Below are positions 29,121 to 39,386 of a DNA stretch of 64,000 nt, piece by piece. Origin of the DNA: Gemmatimonadota bacterium. GTDB lineage: Bacteria; Latescibacterota; UBA2968; UBA8231. The translations under genes were made by a program, and so were the position numbers. The notes under the pieces are model-generated. The model saw only the letters and a list, made by a program, of their open reading frames with translations. It was not told the origin of the DNA and ran no database searches. The number at the start of each line of letters is the position of its first letter. The stretch's first letter is position 1. The stretch lies in the NCBI GenBank assembly GCA_038153405.1, contig JAYOYH010000005.1, positions 64,001-128,000 of the forward strand, read 5' to 3'.

Positions 29121-32066
29121 CTAAAACCCAGCAAAAATCGATATAAAGGCCACGCCTGCCGTGCGAGATTCACGGTCTTGCTCGACGACCTCGAGCGAGC
29201 GCCGATCGTAGCGAACGCCGACTTGCGTCGTCATGTTATAGCCTAAATAAGGCCGCGTATTTGTCAACTGCAACGCGACAACCGTGCCGCGAAAGTCGCC
29301 CGTTAACATCCCTGCAGCCATCTCTTCCTCATCGCCTAGAAGATTGGAAAAGTTTCGCTGTTCGAGACCCACTTCTATGCGCGTGGACTGCAGCAGCGGA
29401 AAGCTGACCTGGAGAAAGAGCAACGCGTCCCAGCTGCGCTGCTTTACAGCGCTACGGCTAAAGGGCACTTCGCGCAAAAACTCGCTTTTGATTTTGGGTG
29501 ACAGGGAGAGACGACCCCAGTTGAGCAGATAGTCGGCCTTGTTGATCACCCCCAAAAAACTCGAGGTCTCTCGCCCGTTGCGACCGTCCGGACCGAGCGG
29601 ATCGAAAAAAACAATGGCCTCGCCCGCTTCGTCGCGAACGATCTCCCCGGCTTCGTCGCGCAGTAGTTCAACGTCGACATTGCGCTGTTGCCACCAATCC
29701 CATTTGAAGCGGTGGCGCATACCCCAGTTGCGCGGGCTGGAGTACTGCCAGTCGGCGGCCAGCGAGTTAATCCAAGTATCTTCCGCCGCCAACAGGTCAA
29801 CCACCGGCTCATTGCGGCCACCAGTCTCGACCGGATTGCCAAAGCGCGGGCGGGGCAGAACCCACTGCGATAGATGGTCGTGTATCGTATCTTCCGCCTG
29901 CCGCAGCATATTGAAGACGCGCACCTTACCCACTCTCGGCAGGCTCTTCTCGAAGGTAAAAATGCCGTACGCCGTCGTATTATGTCGATCTGAGCCGCGC
30001 ATTTCCTCGTCGAGCCGCCCTAGCGTGAGCTTTATCTCCGGCGAAACTTCGACGCTGCCGTATACATTGTGACCCCAGTGGTCGCGCTTGTAGGGATAGT
30101 CGGGCTCGTCGTCGTTTTCAAAGCGGTCGACCCAGCCGTTGTTGTTGAGGTCTATGCCAAATAGAAATTCGGGGCGATCGACGTGGTAGCGCAGAAACGG
30201 CTCGTCGTAGTCGGGAAAGAAATTTTGCCGATCGCCGTTGCTGTTCTGGTTGAAGTCAGAGAGGAAATCGCCGTTCTCATCAAAACCGGGAAATACGGCT
30301 GGATCCGCCACGCCCTCCGGCGTTACGCTAAATAGCTGCCCGGGAATCGGGATCAGGCTGCCCTGATTGAAGCGCAGTTGATCGGGATGGCGATCGTTAT
30401 CGTCGTTGTCTTCTACGAAGTCGTAGTTGCGATTGGTCGCTTCCGGTGAGTAATCCACCGTGCCGCGGGGATTAACTGGCCGCACAGACGAATTGTATTC
30501 TTCGTCCATGCCAAATGCCTCCAGAAAGAAGTGCCATGGACCGGCCTGCTTCGACAAGTTAGCCATCCAGCCGATCGCCCGTTCGTCGTCGACAATCCCG
30601 CTTATGGCCGTGCGATTCTTGGCATTGACCGAGGGATACTTCCGATACTGGTTGTTGACGTTGAATTCGCCGTAGAAATCAAAGCCATGAAAATCGCGTA
30701 GCTCGGCCGTGGCGCCAAAGATTTGATTGGCGGTAGGCAAGCCATAGTCGAATACTACCTCGCGCTGATTGAGTCGGTTGCGAATATTGCCCGGGGCACG
30801 CGATACGACGATAAACTGCGGTTGACCAACGTTGTTGACCTGACGATCGGAAGCGACCTCAACGCGATAGTCGTTGGCCACCACCAGGCGCACGCGCACG
30901 TTCTTTATCGCCGTCACCGCGTCTTCGGCTTCGGCCAGCGTCAGGCCCAAGCCCTGCTGCAAGCGCAGCCGCAGCGAACTCTCCTGGTCGTCCTCCGTGC
31001 CGGTCAACTGGTACTTCAGCGTTATACTTTCGGCGCCGTCTGCCGTGAGGAAACCGTCTCGCACGCTGCCGCCTTCGCGCGCGGCGCGAAAGCCAATGCT
31101 TGAACCGGTAATAACCGTATCCCTAGGCACCAACTCAACGCCCGTTGGCCCCTCGACTTCTCTCATCAACGTCGTAGCAATCTGCACGTCTTCGCTAAAG
31201 AGCACGGCGCCCCCGGTCCCATCCTCGGGGCTATCGTCGGAGAGCCGAACGACCAGAAGCGTCTGGCGCTGCTCGATCTGACCACCGGTAAGCAATCCCT
31301 TGAATGGATTGTCCTGAAAGCTCTCGCGCGCACCGGTGCCGTTGTGCGCATTGACAAACGTCGCTCCAAGCGTCAGCGAGTTGTTGACAGCCGCTTCTAT
31401 ACGACCGCCCATCAAGTTGGTAAAGTGCGAGGCGGGGCGCGTCGGAATTTCGGCGTCAATGGCAATAATGGGGTTGGATATGCGCGAGAACAGGCCCGTA
31501 ACTTCGACGTTACTATTGGCAGCGCTAATCACTACGCCATTGAAACCGGCCTTGCGAAAGGTCATCGGCGTCAATGTCGTATTGATCTCGTCGCCTATCA
31601 TGATCGAGTAGCTGTAATCGCCGCTCTGGTCTGAGGCGATGACCAGACGGTTAAACCAGCTTCCGTAGATGCCCGGCTTAGTCACTTCGCTCGACTCAAA
31701 AGACAGCGGTTGGCGCTGGCGCCAATCGTAAACCAGTCGACCGCGCGTAATCAAATCGCCAAAGCTATCGTAGAAATAAAATCCCTCCTGATTGCGATCG
31801 ATGTAGCGAAGGTACGACTCCCTAGCATAGTTGGTGTATTCGCGCTGGCGCAGTCCGTATTCCGTGAAGAGTTCCTGCGGCAGGTACCAGCGCTGTACGG
31901 TCGGATCAAGTGCCCCGATCTCGATGGACAGCCCCGATGCCGAATAGGTGCTGCGATCGCCTATTCGACGTCCCAAGCGATTGCCGTAGTCCATTTGTGC
32001 CAGCGCACTGGATGCACAGACCAGCAGCCCCAAAAAGACCGCTGTGCGGTAGAATGGACTCGCCAT
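29121..32066 (-). CDS. Large secreted/putative outer-membrane beta-barrel protein C1 with acidic Ca-binding-like loops
   Basis: Signal peptide; alternating beta-strand patterns; ends AFISIFAGF (terminal Phe, beta-signal-like); DNDDNDRHPD, DENGDFLSD, DLNNNGWVD. Confidence 0.55.
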   Translation of the reverse strand: MASPFYRTAVFLGLLVCASSALAQMDYGNRLGRRIGDRSTYSASGLSIEIGALDPTVQRWYLPQELFTEYGLRQREYTNYARESYLRYIDRNQEGFYFYDSFGDLITRGRLVYDWRQRQPLSFESSEVTKPGIYGSWFNRLVIASDQSGDYSYSIMIGDEINTTLTPMTFRKAGFNGVVISAANSNVEVTGLFSRISNPIIAIDAEIPTRPASHFTNLMGGRIEAAVNNSLTLGATFVNAHNGTGARESFQDNPFKGLLTGGQIEQRQTLLVVRLSDDSPEDGTGGAVLFSEDVQIATTLMREVEGPTGVELVPRDTVITGSSIGFRAAREGGSVRDGFLTADGAESITLKYQLTGTEDDQESSLRLRLQQGLGLTLAEAEDAVTAIKNVRVRLVVANDYRVEVASDRQVNNVGQPQFIVVSRAPGNIRNRLNQREVVFDYGLPTANQIFGATAELRDFHGFDFYGEFNVNNQYRKYPSVNAKNRTAISGIVDDERAIGWMANLSKQAGPWHFFLEAFGMDEEYNSSVRPVNPRGTVDYSPEATNRNYDFVEDNDDNDRHPDQLRFNQGSLIPIPGQLFSVTPEGVADPAVFPGFDENGDFLSDFNQNSNGDRQNFFPDYDEPFLRYHVDRPEFLFGIDLNNNGWVDRFENDDEPDYPYKRDHWGHNVYGSVEVSPEIKLTLGRLDEEMRGSDRHNTTAYGIFTFEKSLPRVGKVRVFNMLRQAEDTIHDHLSQWVLPRPRFGNPVETGGRNEPVVDLLAAEDTWINSLAADWQYSSPRNWGMRHRFKWDWWQQRNVDVELLRDEAGEIVRDEAGEAIVFFDPLGPDGRNGRETSSFLGVINKADYLLNWGRLSLSPKIKSEFLREVPFSRSAVKQRSWDALLFLQVSFPLLQSTRIEVGLEQRNFSNLLGDEEEMAAGMLTGDFRGTVVALQLTNTRPYLGYNMTTQVGVRYDRRSLEVVEQDRESRTAGVAFISIFAGF

Positions 32067-34858
32067 TACTGCAACCCCGCGTAGACGGTCAGAAAGCTGG
32101 TCGTGACGCTACTTGCTTCGCTGCCAATATCGAAACCGCCGGCGGCATTCTCAGTGACGCCTTCGGTGAGTATCCGCGAGAAACGCAAGCCGACCTGAGT
32201 CGTCAGCACGTACCCCTGATAGTTGGAGATATTCGAAAGCTGAACCGCTACCGTGCGCGAGTTGATATCGCCCGTTTCACGAGTAATGCCGAGGTCGACC
32301 ATCTCTTCCTCATCGGCGACCAAGTCGCGCAGCCACAGCAGTTCGACACCCGCCTGTAGCAGCGTGTTTTGCAGCGCCGGCATCTGAGCGAGTAGAATAC
32401 CGGTGCCGGTCCACTGTCTGCGCTTGTCCTCGCTCTGCAAGAAAGGAGTCATGCGCAAATACTCACTTTTGAACCGAGGGCGAAGACTCAATCGACCGAG
32501 TTCGTACAGGTAATCAATTTTGTTGATCGCCCCCAAGAAACTCGAGTTGTCGCGCAGGGGGCGATTGTCGATATCCCGCATTCCGCTGCTGGCCTGATTG
32601 AAGACTTCCCATTTGAACTTGTTGGCAATCCGCAGGTTTTCGACTCCCTCGTAGTCAAATCCGATAAAGGAGGAGTTGATCCAAGTATCCTGCGCCGGCA
32701 ATATATCGCGAACTAACGGCTGTATGCCCGTAGCCTCAACAAAGGGAGTCGGCTCGCGGCGATCATCGGGAATCGAATCCTGGCTGCGCTTCAGCGACTC
32801 AAAGATCTGCAGCCTGCCCAACCCGGGGTAGTCGCGGTCAAAAGTAAAGAGCAGAAAGTTGGTCCGATTAGAGCGGTCGACCGAAATCATATCTTCGTCA
32901 GTGCGCCCCACGCTCAGCTTGATGTGAGGCGTGACAAAGGCTCCGACGTAGAAGTTGTAGCCGCGGCGATCGGCCTTGTAGGGATAGTCGGGCAAGTCGT
33001 CGTCTTCAAAGCGATCGATCCAGTTGTTGTTGTTGTGATCAATGCCGAAGAGGAATTCCGGGCGATCGACTTCAAAGCGCAGAAAGGGTTCCTCGTAGTC
33101 GGGCAAGAGATTGGTTACGGTAGCATTGTCGTTTTGGTTGAAGTCGTTGATAAAGTCATTGTTCTGGTCCCAGCCGGGAAAAATCAGTCGATCGTCAAGC
33201 TGACCGAAGCGCGTCCAGTCCGGGAAGCGATCTAAGTCATCGTTGTCTTCGACAAACTCGTAGAGGTAGCGCTGCGTATTGTCGTACTGCACATCGCCGT
33301 TGTTGTCGGCTAGGTAGGCCGTCGTCGAATAGGCGCGGTCAAACGAGTAGGCCTCGCCGAACAGGTAATAGGGGTAGGCCTGCTTGGATAGGTTGAAATG
33401 CCACGCATCGGCATCCAGCGAGGAAATTTCGTGCTGCTTGCCAGCGGTGAAGGTGGCGGCGTTGGGATACTGGAAATACTTCTTGTTGCGGTCCCACTCG
33501 CCGTAGAAGTCAAAGCCCAGCAGGTCCGTTCCCTCAATGGAGAATCCGCCGACCAGATTGCCCGTTGGCAGACCGTACTCAAAGCGCACGCGCTGCAGGT
33601 TGGATATGTCCTGCACATTGCCGTCGGCCCGTTTCACGTTGATAAAAGCTGGTTCAGAAGCATCAATCGACTCGGGACTCAGCGGCGCCGACGGCATGGG
33701 CCGCTGTCCCGTCTGCTGGCTAGACCACATCTCAACCTTGAAATCGTTGGCCATCACGTAGTCGAACTCGACGTTGATAATCGAGGTCGGATCGGGACCT
33801 ATGTAGGATGGATCGTCAAAATCGTAGTTGAGTACAATGCGCTCTGGCCCGTCGGCGGCCAGAAAACCCGAGCGCTTAAATCCACCGAATATAATGGGCC
33901 ACTCCGCGCCGGCTCGCACGACCTGCTGCAGCGTGAAGACTTCCTCTCTGCCCGTCTCGAAGTTTTTGCTGGTAATGCGCACATCGTGTGAGAATAGCGC
34001 CGCCCCTCCCTCTCCGTCAGCCGGACTGTCGTCGCTGAGAACGATGGCAATCGCCGTCAGCGGCGTGCTGCTCTGGCCAGAAGTCAGGGTGCCGGCAATC
34101 ATATCGCCGCTAAACAGATCGAGACTGGTATTAGAGTTACGTGCATTGACCAACGTCGCGCCCAACTCGACAAAGTCACCCAGTTGGAACGTCGCGCGAC
34201 CGCCAAATAGGCTGGTGGCATTGGTGCGCGTAATGGGCTGGTTCGTGGCGCCGCGAATCGGCTCACTAGCGCGCGAAGCCAGGATCGTCGCCGCGTACTT
34301 ATCGGACGCAAAGTCGATCTGCACGCCGTTAAACGTCGGCTTGGAAAAAGTCATCGGCGTCAGCGTAGTGCGGATGCGATCACCGACGGTAATGGCGTAG
34401 TGATACTGGCCCTTAGACTCACCGCCAATAGTCACCGAGTTAAACCACGACGAAAACCGCGAGTTTTGGAAAATACTGCTGCCCAGCTGCTGCGGCTGGT
34501 CTTGACGCCAATCGTATATCAGCCAGCCACGGCCGATAAAGTTGCCGTAAAAGTCGTAGAAATAATCGCCTTCCAACGTGGTGCTGACGTAGCGCTGGTA
34601 TGGGTCGCGAGCATAGTTGGAGTATTCCCACTGGCGCCAGCCATACTCCGTGGCCAACTCCTGCGGCACATACCATTTTTTAACCGCTGGATCGAGCGCA
34701 CCAAACATCACTCCAGAGCCCTGCGGCTCAAAAGACACCTTGCCTCCTCGCTGAACACCAAGCCGGCTGCCGTAGTCTTGGCCCGACGCAGCCACAGCCC
34801 AAAACTGCAGGCATGCCAGACAGAGCAAACTCCAATTACTGTAGGCTTTCAAACTCAA
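32066..34858 (-). CDS. Large secreted/putative outer-membrane protein C2 (paralog of C1)
   Basis: Likely TTG start 34858 (GGAGG RBS); shares ALDPxVxxWYxPQEL, TTLTPMTF, LSDDSPxDGxGGA, FVEDNDD, EPFLR, RPEFLFGID and PDYPYK with C1; ends SFLTVYAGLQ. Confidence 0.55.
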   Translation of the reverse strand: MSLKAYSNWSLLCLACLQFWAVAASGQDYGSRLGVQRGGKVSFEPQGSGVMFGALDPAVKKWYVPQELATEYGWRQWEYSNYARDPYQRYVSTTLEGDYFYDFYGNFIGRGWLIYDWRQDQPQQLGSSIFQNSRFSSWFNSVTIGGESKGQYHYAITVGDRIRTTLTPMTFSKPTFNGVQIDFASDKYAATILASRASEPIRGATNQPITRTNATSLFGGRATFQLGDFVELGATLVNARNSNTSLDLFSGDMIAGTLTSGQSSTPLTAIAIVLSDDSPADGEGGAALFSHDVRITSKNFETGREEVFTLQQVVRAGAEWPIIFGGFKRSGFLAADGPERIVLNYDFDDPSYIGPDPTSIINVEFDYVMANDFKVEMWSSQQTGQRPMPSAPLSPESIDASEPAFINVKRADGNVQDISNLQRVRFEYGLPTGNLVGGFSIEGTDLLGFDFYGEWDRNKKYFQYPNAATFTAGKQHEISSLDADAWHFNLSKQAYPYYLFGEAYSFDRAYSTTAYLADNNGDVQYDNTQRYLYEFVEDNDDLDRFPDWTRFGQLDDRLIFPGWDQNNDFINDFNQNDNATVTNLLPDYEEPFLRFEVDRPEFLFGIDHNNNNWIDRFEDDDLPDYPYKADRRGYNFYVGAFVTPHIKLSVGRTDEDMISVDRSNRTNFLLFTFDRDYPGLGRLQIFESLKRSQDSIPDDRREPTPFVEATGIQPLVRDILPAQDTWINSSFIGFDYEGVENLRIANKFKWEVFNQASSGMRDIDNRPLRDNSSFLGAINKIDYLYELGRLSLRPRFKSEYLRMTPFLQSEDKRRQWTGTGILLAQMPALQNTLLQAGVELLWLRDLVADEEEMVDLGITRETGDINSRTVAVQLSNISNYQGYVLTTQVGLRFSRILTEGVTENAAGGFDIGSEASSVTTSFLTVYAGLQ

Positions 34859-34904
34859 TCCCTCCCTTTGCGGTCGAGTTCTAATATTCAAATCTGCGCG
34901 GTGG

Positions 34905-37181
34905 TCAATAGGCCACGGCAACGACGCCAATCTGTCGCTGGCTGCCGGTGCCGGCACTCAGCGATACAGAAACCAGATAGTTGCCCGGTGGCACCATCGC
35001 GCCCGCATCGTCGCGCCCGTCCCACGCCCGAGCAAAGCGGCCGCTCGTATCTAAATTGTCGTACAGCCTGCGCACCTGGCGCCCGGACATGTCGTAGATA
35101 TGTATCTCCACCGGTGCAGGTCGCGCAATATTGGTTATGTCGTACTGAATTTCAGTCGCATCGTTGATGCCATCCCCGTTCGGAGTAAAGGCCATCGGCA
35201 CGACGTCGACGTTCACCAGCAGATCGCGCGCGATCGGAACCGCTACCGACAGATTGCCCGTAAGCGGCGTCCCCAACGGCTGCAGGTCGGTATCGGCCAG
35301 GCCATCGGCGCTCAAATCGGCCGCATTGCCGGCCACGGCATTCTGCCCCAGCGTCTCGCTTGCGGCGTAGTTGAGCGCCTGGCCGGTGAACGTAGTTCCA
35401 AAGCGCAGCACCGCACAGTCAAAGCCGACCTTGAGTTCCGTGCCGTGCTCGTCAATAAGCGGGAAACCGATAACGAGTGCATTGTCGCTCACTTCGAGAA
35501 TGCTGATTCCGTTCTGCGTCAGCGGCAGCGCGTCGAGCGCAGCATCGGAAAAATCAGCCAATGCAACAGAGCCGTCGGGGCGCGCTATCGAGATCTGTCC
35601 AACGGCCTCAGCTTTGAGCGGAGTATCTATGCGAAAGCGATCAAAGCCTCGGTCCTGACCGGGCCGCGACTGGTTGCGCACCGCGTAGACAAAGCGCGTT
35701 CGCTGACCAACGGCCGCCTCGCGCGGCGAGATCTCACCGATGATGCGCTCTGCAAAGGGAGGCGTCACGACTTCAAATGAAAGCGAACCAACGCCGGTAG
35801 CGGCGGCAAAATCCTCGCTGAATAGATCAACGGCAAACTGGAAGTAGCGGCGGGGATCGGCGGCGATAATCGGCACGCCCATCGAAGGATTCTCGATATC
35901 GTCCTCTATGACTACGGCGCTTGGCGCGTACGGAGGCGACCAACCACTCCAATTCGTCAGATCGTCGCGGATATCGCCCTTATCCTCGTTCTTAAGTTTG
36001 TTGTACTCGCCTTCTTCCAGCGTGACCAACACCTGCTTATCGAGCGGCAGCCCATTGAACGCCTCAATGGCGTTGCGCAGCCCCACCTGATCGTTGTCGA
36101 GCACCGTCTCGACCAGTTCTTTCAGCTCCGCATCGTCGACGTCAGCGGCAGATTTCCAGGGCACGGGATCGCCCGACGTCGTGGTGCCGGATCGATTGCC
36201 CGAAGTCGCACCTCCACCGCTGCGAAAGATGCGCTCTCCTGGACGAATCTTATTGTACTCAACGGGGTCTATGTCCCGACCAACGCGCGTGCGAACTTCC
36301 ACCTTCGAAAGGGCTCCGTCTCCCTCTTTGCCCTGAATCCAGCGCAAGTTGCCCAACAGAGCCAGATCACCAAAGTCGAGTACGTCGGAAAGGTAGCTGG
36401 CCTCGGGCACGAAGCCGGTGCCAAAGATCTGAAACTCGGCGATTTCAAAACCCGCTGTCGTCAGCGATTTGAGGCGGATGTGGCGAACGTACTGGGGCTC
36501 GATGCGCAGGTCCACGACCGAGTTTTCGTTGAGCGATTCGAGAAAGATGGTCTCGTAAATAGGCCGCCCTTCCAGCTGAGTCTGATCTGTGCCATCGTTG
36601 AGAAAGAGCTCAAATCCGCGCATGAAGTCATTCTGAAAGGGGAACGCCGGAGCAGGAAATGCCGGGTCGGCATTGCGCGGAAAGAATTTGAATCGGTCGA
36701 TGCCGAAGCGCGCACCCAGATCGAGATCTATGATGATGCCCAGCACCTGTGCCGACTGTCCAGCCGCCACGCGCAAATCAAGTGCGGTAGCCCCGTCGTT
36801 GTCGATCATGTTCGGCAGGTCCGCGCGAATGCGCTGCGCGTTAGGCGAGGTGATCTCTCCGCCGCGATCCTCCGACGCGGCACCGACCGCTATATTGAGG
36901 GTCGTATCAGCGCGCTGGGGAAAGATCCAGTTGCTCAGGCCCTCGACTTGAAAGTCGATAACTCCCCCCGGGGCATTGGTGTGCTCAACTTTGCGCGCAC
37001 CGCGGATAACCGTCGGCTCGATGCCGTCGCCTCCGCCCTCCCAACTCAACCCCTGTCCCCCGATTACAAAGACCTCGGCATTGACCTGCGCCGCCCTCCC
37101 CCAGATGAGTAGGACCAAAATCAGAGGGAAGCTCCTGCTCAATTTTCGCGTCTTCAGCGACATCGCAAGTATCCTATACAA
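34905..37181 (-). CDS. Secreted protein B3: discoidin-like domain + core + FlgD-Ig/CHU_C-like C-terminal domain
   Basis: Signal peptide (start 37181 or 37163); LDLGARF, FFPR, FEIAEFQIFG, NWSGWSPPY; AFTPNGDGIND...YDMSGRQVR...WDGRDDAG...AVAY. Confidence 0.72.
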   Translation of the reverse strand: MYRILAMSLKTRKLSRSFPLILVLLIWGRAAQVNAEVFVIGGQGLSWEGGGDGIEPTVIRGARKVEHTNAPGGVIDFQVEGLSNWIFPQRADTTLNIAVGAASEDRGGEITSPNAQRIRADLPNMIDNDGATALDLRVAAGQSAQVLGIIIDLDLGARFGIDRFKFFPRNADPAFPAPAFPFQNDFMRGFELFLNDGTDQTQLEGRPIYETIFLESLNENSVVDLRIEPQYVRHIRLKSLTTAGFEIAEFQIFGTGFVPEASYLSDVLDFGDLALLGNLRWIQGKEGDGALSKVEVRTRVGRDIDPVEYNKIRPGERIFRSGGGATSGNRSGTTTSGDPVPWKSAADVDDAELKELVETVLDNDQVGLRNAIEAFNGLPLDKQVLVTLEEGEYNKLKNEDKGDIRDDLTNWSGWSPPYAPSAVVIEDDIENPSMGVPIIAADPRRYFQFAVDLFSEDFAAATGVGSLSFEVVTPPFAERIIGEISPREAAVGQRTRFVYAVRNQSRPGQDRGFDRFRIDTPLKAEAVGQISIARPDGSVALADFSDAALDALPLTQNGISILEVSDNALVIGFPLIDEHGTELKVGFDCAVLRFGTTFTGQALNYAASETLGQNAVAGNAADLSADGLADTDLQPLGTPLTGNLSVAVPIARDLLVNVDVVPMAFTPNGDGINDATEIQYDITNIARPAPVEIHIYDMSGRQVRRLYDNLDTSGRFARAWDGRDDAGAMVPPGNYLVSVSLSAGTGSQRQIGVVAVAY

Positions 37182-37556
37182 TAGATTGATCAGATCGGCG
37201 TTGTATAAAAACCGTTGGGACAGATGTCCAGAACATCGTCAACCGACGAATTGCCCTTGAAATTCACCGTTCCATCGTCCTACGCGACGTGTGGGTGGGG
37301 CAAATGTCGGTATATTAATAACCTACCTGAGGTTGGAGAGCAAGCGTTTTTTACTTGCGCGATTGGGCGGTGCCGACCAGAGATGGAACAGCCTCAACGC
37401 CCCCTCGATTCGCCTATTAACCGCTTCGACAACGCCATTTGGACAAAGTGCTTCCCACAACAAATTCGCGACAAGACTGACCAAAATCCCTGAATTTTGT
37501 ATCTTATTTACGCATTGTTCGCAGGGAACCCGCATGGTCAGGAGGCGATTTTACCC

Positions 37557-39221
37557 ATGCATATCGCATTGTATGTCCTCATCTTTGCCGCGCTGAGCGG
37601 TTGCAGCACCCCCGAAAAACAGTCGAACGTACTGGTCACTGTAGGCGATGAACAGATCACGACGGAAGATCTCGCGTCGTTCGCTGCCAGTATACCCGAC
37701 GGCATGAAGACCGGCTCCTCTCCGCTGGAGATCAACCGCACACTGCTCGAGAGCCTAATCGACAAGACGGTGCTTCTGGCCGAGGCGCGATCCCTCGATC
37801 TGGAAAACGATCCCGCGTTTCGCGCGCAGGAAGCCAAAGAGGTCAAGAGCAAAATATTTGGGCTGTATCAGCAAAAAGAAATCGTCGAAAAAATATCCGT
37901 CAGCGACGAAGAGCTCGAAGAGCATCAGCGGGCCACTCACCGCGACCGCGCGCTGCGCTTTAGCGGCATCATGGTCGAGACAAAAGAGGAAGCCGAGCAA
38001 ATCATTGCCCAACTCAAAGCGGGAAGCGATTTCCAAGCGCTGGCCGCCGAGCACTCCGTTCATCGCGAAACGGCCGAGCGCGGAGGCGATAGCGGCGGCT
38101 ATAAATTGCGCGACCAAACCATTCCATCGATCGCCGAGAGCGTCTTCCCGCTGGCAGTCGGAGAAATATCCGACCCGATACCCGTCCCGCATGAACAGAA
38201 AATTCACTTTGTCGTATTTAAGGTCTTTGACGAAATGCCCGTTTCGCTTGACGCGACGTACCAACGCGTCAAGGAAGAGGTTTTCGCACGCAAGCGCACA
38301 GAGCGCATAACCGAGTTGCTGCAGTTTATCAACGACAAGTACCAGCCGGAAATCCAGGAAGAAAATATGGGCCTGTTGGCTAAGCTGAGCGATGCCGGCA
38401 ACGACGACCCGCTAGTCCTGCCCGGCGACGAAGGCCAGATGCCCTTAGTCAGTTTTGCGGGGGGAGAAATAACGCTCGACGAATTTCTCCACGATGCCAA
38501 GGAAGCACATGTAAATCCCCGCGACTTCGCCAAACCGGCCGAAGTGACGACCATTCTCAACCGAATTTTTATCCCCGCCCACCTGTTTATGTCGGAAGCA
38601 TACGAAATGGGCTTGGACAAGAATCCTGTCATAGCGGAGCACCTGACAGAGCGCAAGCCTGCGGCTCTACTGACCATGTTGCGCAAACGCCAAGTCGACC
38701 AATATATCGCCGTTACGGAAGATGAGGCGCGCGCCTTTTACGATGCCAATCCACAAAAGTTCATTCCCCCTGCGACCACCACTGCAGCCGAAATCCTGGT
38801 GGCCAGCGACACGCTCGCACAACGCGTAAAACGCCTGCTGCAGGAGGGCGAAGATCCGCAGGTCCTTTACGACCAATACTCGCTTCGCGAAGAGGCAGCC
38901 CATCACAGCGGTCGACTCGATATCAATGCCTACAACCAGGCTTTCTTTCCCGAGATCGCCGAAATCGCACAGAGTCTAGAAATTGGCCAGGTAGGGGGAC
39001 CGGTCAAGACAGGCGCAGGCTATTCTGTTTTCAAGGTCCTCGAACGCAAACAGGAAAAAGCGCCCTATGGCAAGGAGTCGCAGCGCCGCTCAATGGCCTA
39101 CGTTAAAGTGGACAAAGCTAGGCGAAGTTACGTCCAATACGTGCGTTCACTGCGAGACAAGTATCCCGTCACAATCGATGAAGAGAATCTAAAGCGAGTC
39201 AGCGCCGAGCCGAGTTCGTAA
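37557..39221 (+). CDS. Lipoprotein peptidyl-prolyl cis-trans isomerase with two parvulin (PpiC) domains, SurA/PrsA-like chaperone
   Basis: Start 37557 (AGGAGG RBS), lipobox LSGC; 'AGSDFQALAAEHS...AERGGDSG', 'VGEISDPI'; second domain 'AEILV...GQVGGPVKTGAGYSVFKV'. Confidence 0.85.
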   Translation: MHIALYVLIFAALSGCSTPEKQSNVLVTVGDEQITTEDLASFAASIPDGMKTGSSPLEINRTLLESLIDKTVLLAEARSLDLENDPAFRAQEAKEVKSKIFGLYQQKEIVEKISVSDEELEEHQRATHRDRALRFSGIMVETKEEAEQIIAQLKAGSDFQALAAEHSVHRETAERGGDSGGYKLRDQTIPSIAESVFPLAVGEISDPIPVPHEQKIHFVVFKVFDEMPVSLDATYQRVKEEVFARKRTERITELLQFINDKYQPEIQEENMGLLAKLSDAGNDDPLVLPGDEGQMPLVSFAGGEITLDEFLHDAKEAHVNPRDFAKPAEVTTILNRIFIPAHLFMSEAYEMGLDKNPVIAEHLTERKPAALLTMLRKRQVDQYIAVTEDEARAFYDANPQKFIPPATTTAAEILVASDTLAQRVKRLLQEGEDPQVLYDQYSLREEAAHHSGRLDINAYNQAFFPEIAEIAQSLEIGQVGGPVKTGAGYSVFKVLERKQEKAPYGKESQRRSMAYVKVDKARRSYVQYVRSLRDKYPVTIDEENLKRVSAEPSS

Positions 39222-39245
39222 ACGCGCTGTCTACCGTCAGCACCG

Positions 39246-39379
39246 CGCGATGAAGCCTGTTCGCCAAGCCACCCGCACTCGATGCGGGCAGACGAACAGC
39301 GTTCACGCCGCGTTCGGGCACGCGTTCGATAGGCGTTCCCGAACGCGGCGAGCGTGCGATGAGCCCCGTGCCCATCGCG
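39246..39379. other. Multi-stem structured intergenic element (candidate RNA structure or palindromic repeat)
   Basis: Nested stems: CTGTTCG/CGAACAG, CCCGCA/TGCGGG, perfect 13-bp CGCCGCGTTCGGG/CCCGAACGCGGCG, closed by CGCGATG/CATCGCG. Confidence 0.45.
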
Positions 39380-39386
39380 TTGTCCG

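Noticed and set aside
14344..37181. Flagellar hook-capping (flgD) genes
   Set aside because: Only the short C-terminal Ig-like domain resembles FlgD; the proteins have Sec signal peptides and there are no flagellar genes nearby.
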